Assembly: GCA_012295275.1 (NCBI GenBank)
Contig: CM022670.1
Location: 8,432,001 to 8,496,000, forward strand
DNA length: 64,000 bases
Direction of reading: 5' to 3'
Source: Chrysomallon squamiferum
Taxonomy: Eukaryota > Animalia > Mollusca
Within the stretch, counting starts at the first letter, position 1, and each line of letters opens with the position of its first letter. Below are positions 15,229 through 34,958 of this stretch, in pieces. Below the pieces are notes generated by a model. It was not told the origin of the DNA, did no database searches, and saw nothing but the letters and a program-made list of their open reading frames with translations. The position numbers and the translations under genes were made by a program.

Positions 15229-15514
15229 CTTATCATTTGACTGTGCAAATACATATTTTAATCAGGGTAAGAACCATGAGATCATCTGGAATCCAGTGTT
15301 TCTTATCTATAACGGCTCCTAGTAAACACCACTCTCTATTAATCGCCCAAAACATGTTTGTCTTCCTGCGCCAATGCGTTCCCTAATATTGTCTATGTAC
15401 AGAGTCTAATCAGACATATATAAGAAAGAGAATATTCAAATCCTAAAATACATACATACATGAACACATACACACATATAATCATTAACACATATAGACA
15501 TACATACATAAGTA

Positions 15515-16491
15515 CTTAGCTAAGGAAAGCCGAGGAAAGTTGATCACTAATTTTTATTCTCCAGTTTTCCTCCAAGGTTAATGGCAACATGGTTAATAAC
15601 TATACGGGAAATGATAGAGAGGAGAGGTGTTGGCCATGTAATCTTGAGACTTTTATCGTGTCAACTACAGCGATTCTGAGGCCTGCTTGTTCTTCTATCT
15701 TCCTTTTTCGTTCTAGAGAAGCTATTTTTATTTGTTTCTTGACCGGGGTGCTTGTCAGAACTTCTTAGGCCTACCCTTCCCAAATCCTTCCTTGTTTATT
15801 CGTGCCTTTCGAAAATAATTTATCTCCTCTGGATTGACGATGATCGACTTTATATTTGAAGTTGATGAGACTGGTTCGAATGTTGCTGATGTTCCTGTAG
15901 CTGCATTTGGGGCTGGATTTGTTATATCTAGTTCATGTGATTGATGCATTTCGTGTTGTTTTCGGTCTGTCGCAGAGGAAAAAAGGAGGACCTCATCACC
16001 TAACGCATTAGGAAGGAGTATAAAAACACCTTTGTTCTTGAAAGCAGCTGTGATGTTCATGGAAGTGAAGGAAAGTGTGTAAGCACTGCCTATAATCTTG
16101 CAAAAGTTATGCACCGTTCCCTACATGCACTTTATACAAGCATGTGACCTTCTAAAATGGCGGACTGAAGACTAAGAGCAGATATTGATAATCTTCACAA
16201 AAAATACCTCTAATCGAAACATAATGAATAGTTTCATAGTCTTTGATGATCCATACTATATCACAAACAAATATTAGTCCTAAAAATTTACTTTTGATGG
16301 TTGAAAAGCAAACTTTACCTTGCTAATTTTCCAAATACAAGCCTCGGTTAAAACAAAACAAATTTCTTCACTGAGGATTCACCATAGATTTTTAATGATG
16401 TCATCACTTCGGGATCCAATTTATTTTTCATTATCTATAAATGCTCATTGATCCACAGTGCTCCATGTTCCACTGTGCCCCGACTCCCCCC
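15515..16491 (-). mobile_element. Decayed pogo-like DDE transposon
   Basis: ORF 15755-16114 (IIGSAYTLSFTSMNITAAFKNKGVFILLPNALGDEVLLFSSATDR) resembles the region C-terminal to the DDE_1 core of pogo-type transposases. The end has repeated cacagtgctccatgttccactgtgccccgactccccc followed by TA. Confidence 0.6.
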
Positions 16492-16606
16492 TAGTACACA
16501 CACATATATATATACTTCACACATACACATTCGCATAAAGATATACACACATACAAATATATATATACATATTCGCATCTAACTGAATATATTTTAATAC
16601 TTACAG

Positions 16607-19600
16607 GTGAATAACAACAATGGTAAGTTTCTACTTAATTACTTAACTTCAGTTAGAGAAACCAAAACATGGTTATTAAATAGATTTGACATTATCATAA
16701 CTGTTATCTCAGTAATTTATGTTAAACGTATTATCACGTTATCTTATCTTACCTTATCTTTCTCTTATCTTCTCTTATCTTAATCTATTGTGTATAATAT
16801 ATATTATGTGACAAAACTTTATCCATTACTTCTTACTGTTTTATGTTAAAATGACTCAGTTTATCATGTAATTTACCTTATTTTACTCTGCTTTGTGCTT
16901 TTTTATTATTTTATTGTTGTTACTGTTATTATAATTACATGTATTGTTATTAGTAAATATCAATAACTAAATATTAGATATCAATAAGTCATTCATTTTA
17001 AAGTGTATTATATCTAAACACTGCATTTATTTCTGACTGTATGTACTATTATTCTTATGACAGAACCAAGTTCTACAACAACATCAGCAACTCCAGGTAT
17101 TTATTTGAAAACTATCTCTCAGTTAGACACACACACTCTCTGTCTTTCTCTCTCCTTTTTATTTCTCTTACTCTCTCACTCTCTCTCACTGTCTCTCTTT
17201 CCATCTGTTTTTCTTACACATGCAGTCTCACATTGAAAGTATGCGTGTCAGTGTATGTATGTATGTATGAATGTATGTATCTGTATGACAAGATTTTCTT
17301 TTAAAACTATCTCTTTGGTGAGACAAATACATTGGGAACATCAATGGGTATAACTAATTTAAAAAAAAAAAAAAACATTCATAGAAATTGTGGATAAAAC
17401 AAAGATTTGAAAATAAGAAACAAAAGATTGATTAACTGTATAAAACAAATAAATTCCAAGTTTGAGTGTATTACATCTTATTCTATATACCCTAGTACTT
17501 TTTAACACCGACCTTTCAGAAACAACATATACAAGCTGGAACAGTAAAATATCTCAATGGTAATTCGGTATGCTTTTAGATCATTTGATGTTTCATAATC
17601 CTTTTACATTAAGCATTTACTCGTCTTAAAATATATTTATTTTATTTCATTTTTCTATTATTTTTTATTTTCTGTTTTTAAAAGTTGTAATATATATTTT
17701 ACCATTAAGATTTGAAAAAGATTGAATAGTATTTTTTAATATTTAAAAAAAAAAAAAACTAACACAGACATTAAAGTACAGCAAACAACACATAATTAGT
17801 GTATATACGTTTTGTTCTTGTTTTGTCTTCTGTTATCTTAATCTGTTGTGCCAAATGTATTTTATCTGACAAAACTTTATCCATTCCTTCTTACTGTTTT
17901 ATGTTAAAATGACTCATTTTATCATGTAATTTACCTTATTTTACTTTGCTAAGTGCTTTTATTATCATAATCATCATCATTATCATGTTCATTCCTATCA
18001 TCATCATCTATGTATTCAGTTATAATAATAATAATTAGTAGTAGTAGTAGTATATGTAGTAATATTTGTTGTATTATTATTATTACTACTATTATTGATA
18101 AGGTTATAATTATTTTGTTGTTGTTACTGTTATTATAATTACATGTATTGTTATTAGTAAATATCAATAACTAAATATTAAATATCAATAAGTCATTCAT
18201 TTTAAAGTGTATTATATCTAAACACTGCATTTATTTCTGACTGTATGTACTATTATTCTTATGACAGAACCAAGCTCTACAAGAACATCAGCAACTCCAG
18301 GTATTTATTTGAAAACTATCTCTCAGTTAGACACACACATTCTCTGTCTTTCTCTCTCCTTTTTATTTCTCTTCCTTTCTCACTCTCTCTCACTGTCTCT
18401 CTTTCCATCTGTTTTTCTTACACATGCAGTCTCATATTGAAAGTATGCATGTCAGTGTATGTATGTATGTATGTATGTATGTATCTGTATGACAAGTTTT
18501 TATTTTAAAACTATGACTCAGTGAGAAAAATACATTAGCAACATAAATAGGTATGACTAATTTGAAAAAAACATTCATAGAAACTGTGGATAAAACAAAA
18601 ATTTGAAAATAAGAAATAAAAGATTGATTAACTGTAAACGAACAAATAAATTCCAAGTTTGAGTGTATTACATCTTATTCTACATACCCTAGTACATTTT
18701 AACACCGACCTTTCAGAAACAGTATATACAAGCGGGAACGGTAAATATCTCAATGGTAATTCGGTATTCTTTTAGATCATTTGATGTTTCATAATCTTTT
18801 TACATTAAGCATTTACTCGTCTTAAAATATATTTATTTTATTTCATTTTTCTATTATTTTTTATTTTCTGTTTTTAAAAGTTGTAATATATATTTTATCA
18901 TTAAGATTTGAAAAAGATTGAAATATAATTTTTAATATTTAAAAAAAAAAAACTAACACAGACGTTAAAGTACAGCAAACAACACATAATTAGTGTATAT
19001 ACATTTAGTTCTTGTTTTGTCTTCTGTTATCTTAATCTGTTGTGCCAAATGTATTTTATCTGACAAAACTTTATCCATTACTTCTTACTGTTTTATGTTA
19101 AAATGACTCATTTTATCATGTAATTTACCTGATTTTACTTTGCTTTGTGCTTTTATTATCATAATCATCATCATTATCATTTTCATACCTACCATCATCA
19201 TCTATGTATTCAGTTATAATAATAATAATTAGTAGTAGTAGTAGTATATGTAGTAATATTTGTATTATTATTATTATTACTACTATTATTGATAAGGTTA
19301 TAATTATTTTGTTGTTGTTACTGTTATTATAATTACATGTATTGTTATTAGTAAATATCAATAACTAAATATTAAATATCAATAAGTCATTCATTTTAAA
19401 GTGTATTATATCTAAACACTGCATTTATTTCTGACTGTATGTACTATTATTCTTATGACAGAACCAAGCTCTACAAGAACATCAGCAACTCCAGGTATTT
19501 ATTTGAAAACTATCTCTCAGTTAGACACACACACTCTCTGTCTTTCTCTCTCCTTTTTATTTCTCTTCCTTTCTCACTCTCTCTCACTGTCTCTCTTTCC

Positions 19601-22600
19601 ATCTGTTTTTCTTAAACATGCAGTCTCATATTGAAAGTATGCATGTCAGTGTATGTATGTATGTATGAATGAAGGTATCCCTATGACAAGTTTTTATTTT
19701 AAAACTATCTCTTAGTCAGAAAAATACATTAGCAACATAAATATGTATGACTAATTTGAAAAAAAAACATTCATAGAAACTGTGGATATAACAAAAATTT
19801 GAAAATAAGAAATAAAAGATTGATTAACTGTAAACGAACAAATAAATTCCAATAAAATATATTTAATTTTATTTTACTTTGCTTTGTGCTTTTATTATCA
19901 TAATCATCATCATTATCATTTTCATACCTACTATCATCATCTGTGTATTCAGTTATAATAATAATAATTAGTAGTAGTAGTAATATATGTAGTAATATTT
20001 GTATTATTATTATTATTACTACTATTATTGATAAGGTTATAATTATTTTGTTGTTGTTACTGTTATTATAATTACATGTATTGTTATTAGTAAATATCAA
20101 TAACTAAATATTAAATATCAATAAGTCATTCATTTTAAAGTGTATTATATCTAAACACTGCATTTATTTCTGACTGTATGTACTATTATTCTTATGACAG
20201 AACCAAGCTCTACAAGAACATCAGCAACTCCAGGTATTTATTTGAAAACTATCTCTCAGTTAGACACACACACTCTCTGTCTTTCTCTCTCCTTTTTTTT
20301 ATTTCTCTTACTCTCTCACTCTCTCTCACTGTCTCTCTTTCCATCTGTTTTTCTTAAACATGCAGTCTCATATTGAAAGTATGCATGTCAGTGTATGTAT
20401 GTATGTATGAATGAAGGTATCCCTATGACAAGTTTTTATTTTAAAACTATCTCTTAGTGAGAAAAATACATTAGCAACATAAATATGTATGACTAATTTG
20501 AAAAAAAACATTCATAGAAACTGTGGATAAAACAAAAATTTGAAAATAAGAAATAAAAGATTGATTAACTGTAAACGAACAAATAAATTCCAATAAAATA
20601 TATTTAATTTTATTTTACTTTGCTTTGTGCTTTTATTATCATAATCATCATCATTATCATTTTCATACCTACTATCATCATCTGTGTATTCAGTTATAAT
20701 AATAATAATTAGTAGTAGTAGTAATATATGTAGTAATATTTGTATTATTATTATTATTACTACTATTATTGATAAGGTTATAATTATTTTGTTGTTGTTA
20801 CTGTTATTATAATTACATGTATTGTTATTAGTAAATATCAATAAGTCATTCATTTTAAAGTGTATTATATCTAAACACTGCATTTATTTCTGACTGTATG
20901 TACTATTATTCTTATGACAGAACCAAGCTCTACAAGAACATCAGCAACTCCAGGTATTTATTTGAAAACTATCTCTCAGTTAGACACACACACTCTCTGT
21001 CTTTCTCTCTCCTTTTTATTTCTCTTCCTCTATCACTCTCTCTCACTGTCTCTCTTTCCGTCTGTTTTTCTTACACATGCAGTCTCATATTGAAAGTATG
21101 CGTTTCAGTGTATGTATATATGTATGAGAAGATTTTCTTTTAAAACTATCTCTCTGTGAGAAAAATACATTAGCAACATCAATGGGTATGACTAATTTGA
21201 AAAAACAAAAACATTCATAGAAATTGTGGAGAAAACAAAGATTTGAAAATAAGAAACAAAAGATTGATTACCTGTATAACACAAATCAATTCCAAGTTTG
21301 AGTATATAACATCTTATTCTATATACCCTAGTACTTTTTAACACCGGCCTTTCATAAATAATACATAGCGTTTATATGGGAAATATCTCAGTGTTAATTC
21401 CGTATGCTTTGTATGATCATATGACGTCTTTAATAATCTTTTTCTGTTAAGTATTTGGTCGTGTTAAAATATGTTTATTTTATTTCATTTCATTGTATTA
21501 TTATTCTATTTTCTGTTTTGAAAAAGAATATGAGACAAAAAGATTTGTGACAGCGATTTCTTAATTCATGTTCAATTATTTATTAACAAATATATAAAAT
21601 ATTTCACATTACAACAAAACATACGTTTTGTAAACAAATAGAAATTTTTCACATGATACCGAAGAAATGATTGAAACAATCATTTATTTTATTTCAGTGA
21701 CAAACTGTCTGAATTCAAAAGACTGCTGGGTGCAGCACAATTTTCAGTTTGATGATAACTGGAACGACTGTCATGGAGAACAATACGTGAGAAAAACCAC
21801 TTACGAAGTTGGGAAATATGTTGGAGTAGTTCTGTGTTCATCTACCAGGTATTCATGTGTATCTCTCTAAATCTGTCTCAATCTCGATGTCTCTTGGCTA
21901 TGACATACATACACAAACGTACACGCACACATGTGCAGATCCAATATTCTGACCACTACAGTTGTATTTTGCAGATATAAGCTGTTTTTGTCTGATTCGC
22001 TCAGTGACCGTTTTCTCAACATCGGAGACGGCAGTGGACATGGTCAGGATCATTGTGAGTTTATAGGAAGCAAAAATGATGCAACTTCTATAGACAGGAA
22101 TTTCTGGAATTCGCCAGGAACTACAGGTCAGATTTTCTTTTAAAAAAAAAAACATTTTAAGAGGCACATTTCCTTTAGAAACCTTTCTTAAATTGTTACA
22201 AAATGACGGAAAACGGTAATACAGAATTGTTTTAAAGGGTGTCTGTAATTTATATTTTAGTGTCTAAACCGAGATTTATTGATCACAACATATGATAAAT
22301 GTAATTCTGATTCAGTTCTTTATATCGTTTTAGGATACATACGATCAAAGCGTGGTGAAACGCCTGCCAAGGGCAGAATTGGAGGAGGCACGGGATCCTC
22401 GTGGACTGGAAATTATTATGGAAAATGGATAGAATGTGGAGTCAGGATTCCAGGAAACAGCAGAGTGGTATTATGGTCTGGTAGAAAAGGTAATTCGTCT
22501 TTTCTTAAACCGTCTTGTTTCTAACATCGATTTTTCATAAAGAATATATACAAGCTGGAATGGGAAATATCTCAAAAGTAATTCGGTATGCTTTTATATT

Positions 22601-23210
22601 AAACATTTGTTCGACATAAAACATATTTATTTTATTTAAGTTCATTCTATGTTGATTAATTTTCGGTTTTTAAAAGTTGTAATATATATTTTATAATTAA
22701 GATTTGAAAAAGATCGAAATATATATATATATATATATATATATTTTAATTAACACAAATACTGAAGTACAGCAAACTACACGTAAGTAGCATGTGTAAA
22801 TTTTCTTCTTTTATTTCTTGCATCTATTGTTCTTGTTCTTCTTCTTCCTCTCCTTGTTCTTGTTGTTCTTATTATTATTATTGTTCATAATGTTATTATT
22901 ATTATTAAATATTAATACATGATAAATTAAATGCAGAATTCTATTTGAAGACTGTATTTATTTCTGACTGTGTTTACATTTATTCTTTTACAGAACTAAC
23001 TACTACAACGACAACAGCCACTCCAAGTATTTATTTTAAAACTATCTCTCTGTGAGCCACGAATTCTCTGTCTCTGTCGCCTTTGTCTCTTTATTCCTCT
23101 TTTCTCCTCTATCACTCTGTCTCCCGCCCTGAGTCTCTCTCTTTCTCTTTCTCTACACGCACATCCAATCACATATGTATGTATATTAATGTATATATGT
23201 GTGAGATACT

Positions 23211-23306
<96 letters not shown>

Positions 23307-24664
23307 GTCTGTCTGTATGACAGCATGCATACATGTAGGTGTACATGCATGTACGTTTGTATGTATGTATGAATTTTGTTTATAAGTATGTGTGTATATG
23401 TGTTTCTATGTGTACGTATGTATGTAAATATGTAGATGTATATTTTGTTTCTAAACATTTATTATAATCATTTAAAGCTACTCGATGCATGGGAACGTAT
23501 TGTTCCGGTTCGTATACGAGTGGAGCCAAATGTGTCAACGGATACTGTGTTTGTACAAAAACTGGATACAACTACTATACGTGCCTACGTAAGCACTATA
23601 TATAACTAAATATATCTATTCAGAAACGATCAGGTTCACACACAAACATACAGATACACATACATACCCACATATACATATACACACATGCACATACTCA
23701 GGCCTGCAAACACAAATATACAGATGCACATGCACATATACACACAGACACATTCACACAGACTGAGTCAGAGACAATATTTGTAACGGGAAATACTCCG
23801 AATCGATAAAGTAAAGGAACATAGTTGAAATATTTTAAAATTATTTTTACAGCTGATTATGCTGGTTGTTTAGTACAAAGAAACAAGGAAACCAGGGCTG
23901 TTCCATCTTACCACGGCAGAAAGCGATCGTCTGTGTATGGTTGTATCAACAAAAGCAGTCTGAATCTGTCGCCCGAAGTTCATGTACTTGGATGCTATGA
24001 GAACATCAATCGAAGGCCACCTAAAGCTGGGAATACAACTGTGGACATTGTGGGACACACAACCAAACCTGTTGTTCTGGTTTTGACCTCTTATGAACCT
24101 GTAGCCTGGATGATTAATGTGCCTGCTGGAATGATTATCCAGAAAATCATGCTGGTAAAATTTCTCTAATTTTAAGAAAGCTTGTGTAGAATTTTTGGAA
24201 TCTCATCACTTTGTAATAGTATGTGTTATATATATATAGCCTACACATTACGGTGTAGAGTCATTTTATCGGTTAGCAATAGCGTATATTTATATATAAC
24301 TTTTGATAAAGTAGACTGATAAAGCGTTTTTGGACTGCTAAGTAAAATGGGAAGTAACTTGATGTCTGTATGTGTTTGTATGCAGTATGTATGTGCATAT
24401 TTAAAACTTTATATGTTAAAATCAAAATGAAATTGTTTTGCTTTCTTGCAGTATTCTTACTATCTGGATAAGAGTTCTGTAAGCGTGAGTGGTGGATCAA
24501 ACCCTCCAGTTGAGAAAAGCAGAAAGAGTGTTTATGGATATGGTAGTGACAGCGGAGGTCACACGCTCAAGTTACTGGCTGAAGTCAAGAAACTCTTTGG
24601 TCATGTGACTTCCTTTTCTGGAACCTACAAAGTTGACCACTGGTCACTCACGGTGGGCATCTAG
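16607..24664 (+). CDS. Cassette B (V-M5-T-L-C2-B'): open reading frame throughout but no leader exon of its own
   Basis: Exons 16607-16622, 17064-17096, 18268-18300, 19462-19494, 20201-20233, 20921-20953, 21698-21848, 21975-22126, 22334-22489, 22994-23026, 23478-23588, 23853-24154, 24452-24664. Sum 1299 nt = 433 codons including TAG; all phases compatible. Confidence 0.75.
17064..20953 (+). repeat. Tandem array of five 33-nt mucin-like microexons
   Basis: EPSSTTTSATP then EPSSTRTSATP x4; spacings 1204, 1194, 739 and 720 bp. Confidence 0.85.
21698..22489 (+). CDS. ABI3BP(TARSH)/FNDC1 C-terminal-like domain, intact, 3 exons
   Basis: Exons of 151+152+156 nt with intron phases 1-2-1-1. Motif series CxGxQYV, VGVxLC, RYKxxLSDSL, FxNIGDxxGHGxDHCxF, GYxR, GxIGG, WxECGxxIPG matches the recalled ABI3BP/FNDC1 C-terminus. 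Confidence 0.85.
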
Positions 24665-24951
24665 CTTATCATTTGACTGTGCAAATACATATTTTAATCA
24701 GGGTAAGAACCATGAGATCATCTGGAATCCAGTGTTTCTTATCTATAACGGCTCCTAGTAAACACCACTCTCTATTAATCGCCCAAAACATGTTTGTCTT
24801 CCTGCGCCAATGCGTTCCCTAATATTGTCTATGTACAGAGTCTAATCAGACATATATAAGAAAGAGAATATTCAAATCCTAAAAAAATACATACATACAT
24901 GAACACACACACATATAATCATTAACACATATAGACATACATACATAAGTA

Positions 24952-25915
24952 CTTAGCTAAGGAAAGCCGAGGAAAGTTGATCACTAATTTTTATTCTCCA
25001 GTTTTCCTCCAAGGTTAATGGCAACATGGTTAATAACTATACGGGAAATGATAGAGAGGAGAGGTGTTGGCCATGTAATCTTGAGACTTTTATCGTGTCA
25101 ACTACAGCGATTCTGAGGCCTGCTTGTTCTTCTATCTTCCTTTTTCGTTCTAGAGAAGCTATTTTTATTTGTTTCTTGACCGGGGTGCTTGTCAGAACTT
25201 CTTAGGCCTACCCTTCCCAAATCCTTCCTTGTTTATTCGTGCCTTTCGAAAATAATTTATTTCCTCTGGATTGACGATGATCGACTTTATATTTGAAGTG
25301 AATGAGACTGGTTCGAATGTTGCTGATGTTCCTGTAGCTGCATTTGGGGCTGGATTTGTTATATCTGGTTCATGTGATTGATGCATTTCGTGTTGTTTTC
25401 GGTCTGTCGCAGAGGAAAAAAGGAGGACCCCATCACCAAATGCATTAGGAAGGAGTAGATAAACACCTTTGTTCTTGAAACCAGCTGCGATGTTCATGGA
25501 AGTGAAGGAAAGTGTGTAAGCACTGCCTATAATCTTGCAAAAGTCATCGAAATTCCCTACATGCGCTTCATACAAGCAGGTGAGCTTATGCAAATGGCGG
25601 TCTGAGGACCAAAGAGGAGATATTGATAATCTTCACAAAAACTACCTCTAATCGAAACATAATGAATAGTTTCTTATTCCTTGATGATCCATACTATATC
25701 ACAAACAAATATTAGTCCTAAAAATGTACTTTTGATGGTTGAAAAGAAAACTTTACCTTGCTAATTTTCAAAATGGAAGCCTCGGTTAAAACAAAACAGA
25801 TTTCTTCACTGATGATTCACCATGATGATATCACTTCGCGATTCCTTTTTTTTCATTATCTATAAATAGTCACAGATCCACAGTGCTCCATGTTCCACAG
25901 TGCCCCGACTCACAC
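24952..25915 (-). mobile_element. Second copy of the decayed pogo-like DDE transposon
   Basis: ORF 25192-25593 homologous to 15755-16114, in the same position between a terminal exon and the next V microexon. Confidence 0.6.
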
Positions 25916-26028
25916 TAGTACACACATATATATACTTCACACATACACATTCGCATAAAGATATGCACACATACAAATATATATATATACATATTCGCAT
26001 CTAACTGAATATATTTTAATATTTACAG

Positions 26029-31503
<5,475 letters not shown>

Positions 31504-31612
31504 ACTTACCAAGTTGACCACTAGCTTATCACTTGACTATGCAAATTCTCTGTTGTGCGACTGTCTAACGAATATTTTAATCAGAGTAATAATCATGAGT
31601 TCTTGTTCAATA

Positions 31613-32361
31613 CAGTCAAACCTCTTTATAACCGCTCCCAGGAAACAGCATCTATTTATCGCCTGTATTTAAATATATATAAATTGAACCCCTATTTTCG
31701 CCCCCTGCCCAGATATCTGCATTGTGTATTATAAAATTGTAACAAATAGCTAATTCATCTATTGATACTTCTTCATTGCCAGAGAGATATTGTGGAAATA
31801 ATGAAGACACGAGAAACACTTCTGGATTGTGAAAATAAACGGTCAATCCAGATCTATTATATAATTCAAAACAAAGTTTTCATACCTTGTAACAATTATA
31901 TTATTTTTAAAAATTAAGACTTCCCCGTTCAAATTGCATGTACTTCAATAACTGTATAAATAAACATGTTGAAAACCGCAATCAAGGCTCTTTCCTCATG
32001 CTTTGGCTTTGAAAACAACATGTATTGAAACCCTAATATCAGTAACTTCGAGACAAATACATCATTCAGTTCTTCGAGAGAAAGTGAAGACAAAAGAACA
32101 AGAGATATAAACAGTTGAACAATCAGCGTTTTTTTTCTATGACACCCGTTTATCGAACTACCTAAATAAATCATCTATAACTTAACATACACTTTGTAAT
32201 TCTGTCAGACAATCGTTCTAGCTCTTGGGTATTCTGAGGCCAGTTCTGATATTTGGTACGTGTAGTACCTAATAATCTCAGAAAACATGTACCGTCCAGT
32301 TCATTATAAACACAAAAAATCAGTTGAGCAACGGTATCAGTGTTATAAACTGGTTTGACTG
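31613..32361. mobile_element. TA-flanked MITE (Tc1/mariner-pogo type) in the 3' UTR
   Basis: ta|cagtcaaacctctttataac ... gttataaactggtttgactg|ta: inverted termini with TA duplication. Confidence 0.75.
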
Positions 32362-33604
32362 TATTTCATGTTTTCTTATTTCTTACTTGTAATAGAAATT
32401 TTTTAAAATAAATTCACTGAGAAAGTATGAATATTTGTTGTCTTTGTGCATACCTTTCCGTATTTAACAGACGATTGCTTTAGCTCGTTCTTATGGACAC
32501 AAAAATACATAGATGTATACTACACACACTCACGCACACACACATATACAAAGACACGAATGAAGCAAAAAAGTAGAAGCAGGCATCACAAAACCGAGTG
32601 AAAACAGAGACCCTCAAGAAAAAGCTCGAAAAAGAAAAAAAGAAAAGAAATAAAGATGATTCGTGTTCTCTGGATTTCATAATAGTAAAATGCTGGAGAG
32701 AGTAACGAAGTGGAATAATAACCCTATCTCTCTGTCTCTCTATCTGTTTTTCATAGCTTGTGTCGCTTTCCTACCCACTCTCTCTGACTGTCATTCTCTC
32801 TCTCTCTCTCTTTGACTCTCTTTTTATATTTTAATATTATATATTATGTACTGTAAGTTAAATAATTTAAAAGATAATATTTATAGTGATATATGCATAT
32901 ACACATACAAGTTTCTGTACTTGTTAATTTGCAAAATAACGTTTACAAAAGAAAATATGTTCAGGTATATCTCTCTGTGTAGCGTGTGCTTATAAGTGTA
33001 CGCTGTTTAACTAATAATATTCATTTGGATAACTGTGGCGAGCAGATAACGTAGTGGTAAGGACGACAGGATTGTCTCCCCTCACAGTGCATCAGTAACT
33101 GCTTCATTACAGTTTAGTATTATTAGGTTTCATTTGAATAATTTTGATTCTTGGATGTCAGTCACAGATTACTGCAGAATGTTGAGAGGAGATGAAATGC
33201 ACATGCCGGCAAATCTTCTCTCGATTAACAGGAAGGGATGTCACACACGATGTCTTCCCATCTGCTAGAATTCCCAGTTCGTAGAAAAAACTCGTCTACC
33301 GCAATACCTGATTACCTCTGTATATAATGAACTTGGCCTGTACATAGATCTGGGTTCTTTCTAACATTCAGATGCGGAGCGCATTGTTCCTAAATCGATT
33401 ATATAACATCAACCGAAAGCAGAATAAGCGTTCACTACTCATTTGTTGTAGATTTTTTACTTTTTCATTAAAACCATCATCATGTTCTTTCTTCTCATTA
33501 TAATCACCATTGTTATTATTATAATATTATTACTATTATTGTTGTTGTTGTTGTTATTATTATTATTGTTATTATTATTATTCGTATTCTTCTTATTTTT
33601 TTTC

Positions 33605-33639
<35 letters not shown>

Positions 33640-34288
33640 TAAACTGGTCATCTCTAATTCATAAACATTTCCTTTCCGTTACAAAACAAGCGACCAGTAA
33701 TAAACAATTCTACATCAATTTCATCTATCTATTAATTTTTTTTTTAAAGAAATTAAAATAAAAGAAAAGAAAAGAAAAAAGCGGCACAATGTTTTTTTTG
33801 TTAATTCTCATGGCCTACTTCTGTAAAAGAAAACGACAAAAATATTATAAAGAACTAATTTTATTCAACAATATAATTTAAAAAAACAAACATATTTTAC
33901 ATACGAGTAATTCTCTTATATTCAGAAAATAGAATATGTGAACATTACATTTATCATTAACTGTTCGAATTAAACCATATTCAGCTTAAACATGTTCAAG
34001 ATATATGTTTCTGAGCATATTTACGTTATGCACACATACATATTCACATAGTGCACATATTATACGATATATGTGACATAGTATATTAATAGTATGTATA
34101 CTAAAGATATTATAACCTGACAATACTTTGGCTATGACTGAAAACGTTTATTCGAAGGACCATCATCGACGATACTTTTAGTTGAATACCTTCTTTTTTA
34201 ATTATTTACATTCACTACATTCGATATAGAGATTATTTCGATATTTGTCATATTTGCATACTTTATGCGATAAGCGATATCCATACTA

Positions 34289-34415
34289 CAATAATACCTC
34301 AGATTAAAGATATAACTGGTTCCAAATTTCCGATAGTTAAGTGAGGTAAGCGGGAGACTAATTTACATAGAATTAAGGTTAAAAGCAGTGGTTACTTTCT
34401 CGCTCATGAAATTTG

Positions 34416-34448
<33 letters not shown>

Positions 34449-34958
34449 TGAAATAAGGAGAAATAAAACAGCAGTTTAGACATAAATAATTTAATAGATT
34501 ATAGATATTAAGTAAACAGTAAATCATTTACAAATCAGTTTATACAAATACATTAAGAAATAATTATATGCTGCTCATTGTGGGTTCATTTTTGTCGGTT
34601 TTGGTTTCATTTAAGATAATGTATTTTGTTTCTAAAGTTATTGTCTTCCGTTTCTTTTTATCATCAGCATTTGCCAGTATACTGTTATTCTTTTTGAGAT
34701 GTTGGAATGGTAAGTCTAAATCGAAGCAGAAGACAAAACAGAATCAGAATATCAGATGCACGTATGACGTGTCAACTGATCAACACAGCTGAGAGAAGCT
34801 CATGAATGAACGAAAAACGAACGAAAACGGACTTAAAAACATACATCGTACCCATTTGTATCATTTATTTCAAGTAATTAACTATTACATTTTTATCTAT
34901 ATAATTTGTAAAGAAAAAAGATCGTTAAAGCAGGGTATCGTTAAGCGAGATATTACTA
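34289..34958 (-). mobile_element. Possible old Tigger/pogo-like MITE
   Basis: Imperfect inverted ends (caataatacctcagattaa / ttaagcgagatattacta). The minus strand near 34610-34660 reads KKKRKTITLETKYIIL, like a CENP-B N-terminal HTH start. Confidence 0.45.

Noticed and set aside
21698-22489. Assigning the gene symbol ABI3BP or FNDC1
   Set aside because: Only one domain is shared; no FN3 domains are seen and the architecture differs.
33034-33095. tRNA or SINE head (gcagataacgtagtggtaagg)
   Set aside because: Only an A-box-like fragment; no B box or cloverleaf.
34568-34792. Hydrophobic ORF with ATG|gtaagt as an alternative leader for cassette D
   Set aside because: No similarity to the real leader, it lies within a probable transposon relic, and its donor is phase 1 in that ORF, which is incompatible with V.
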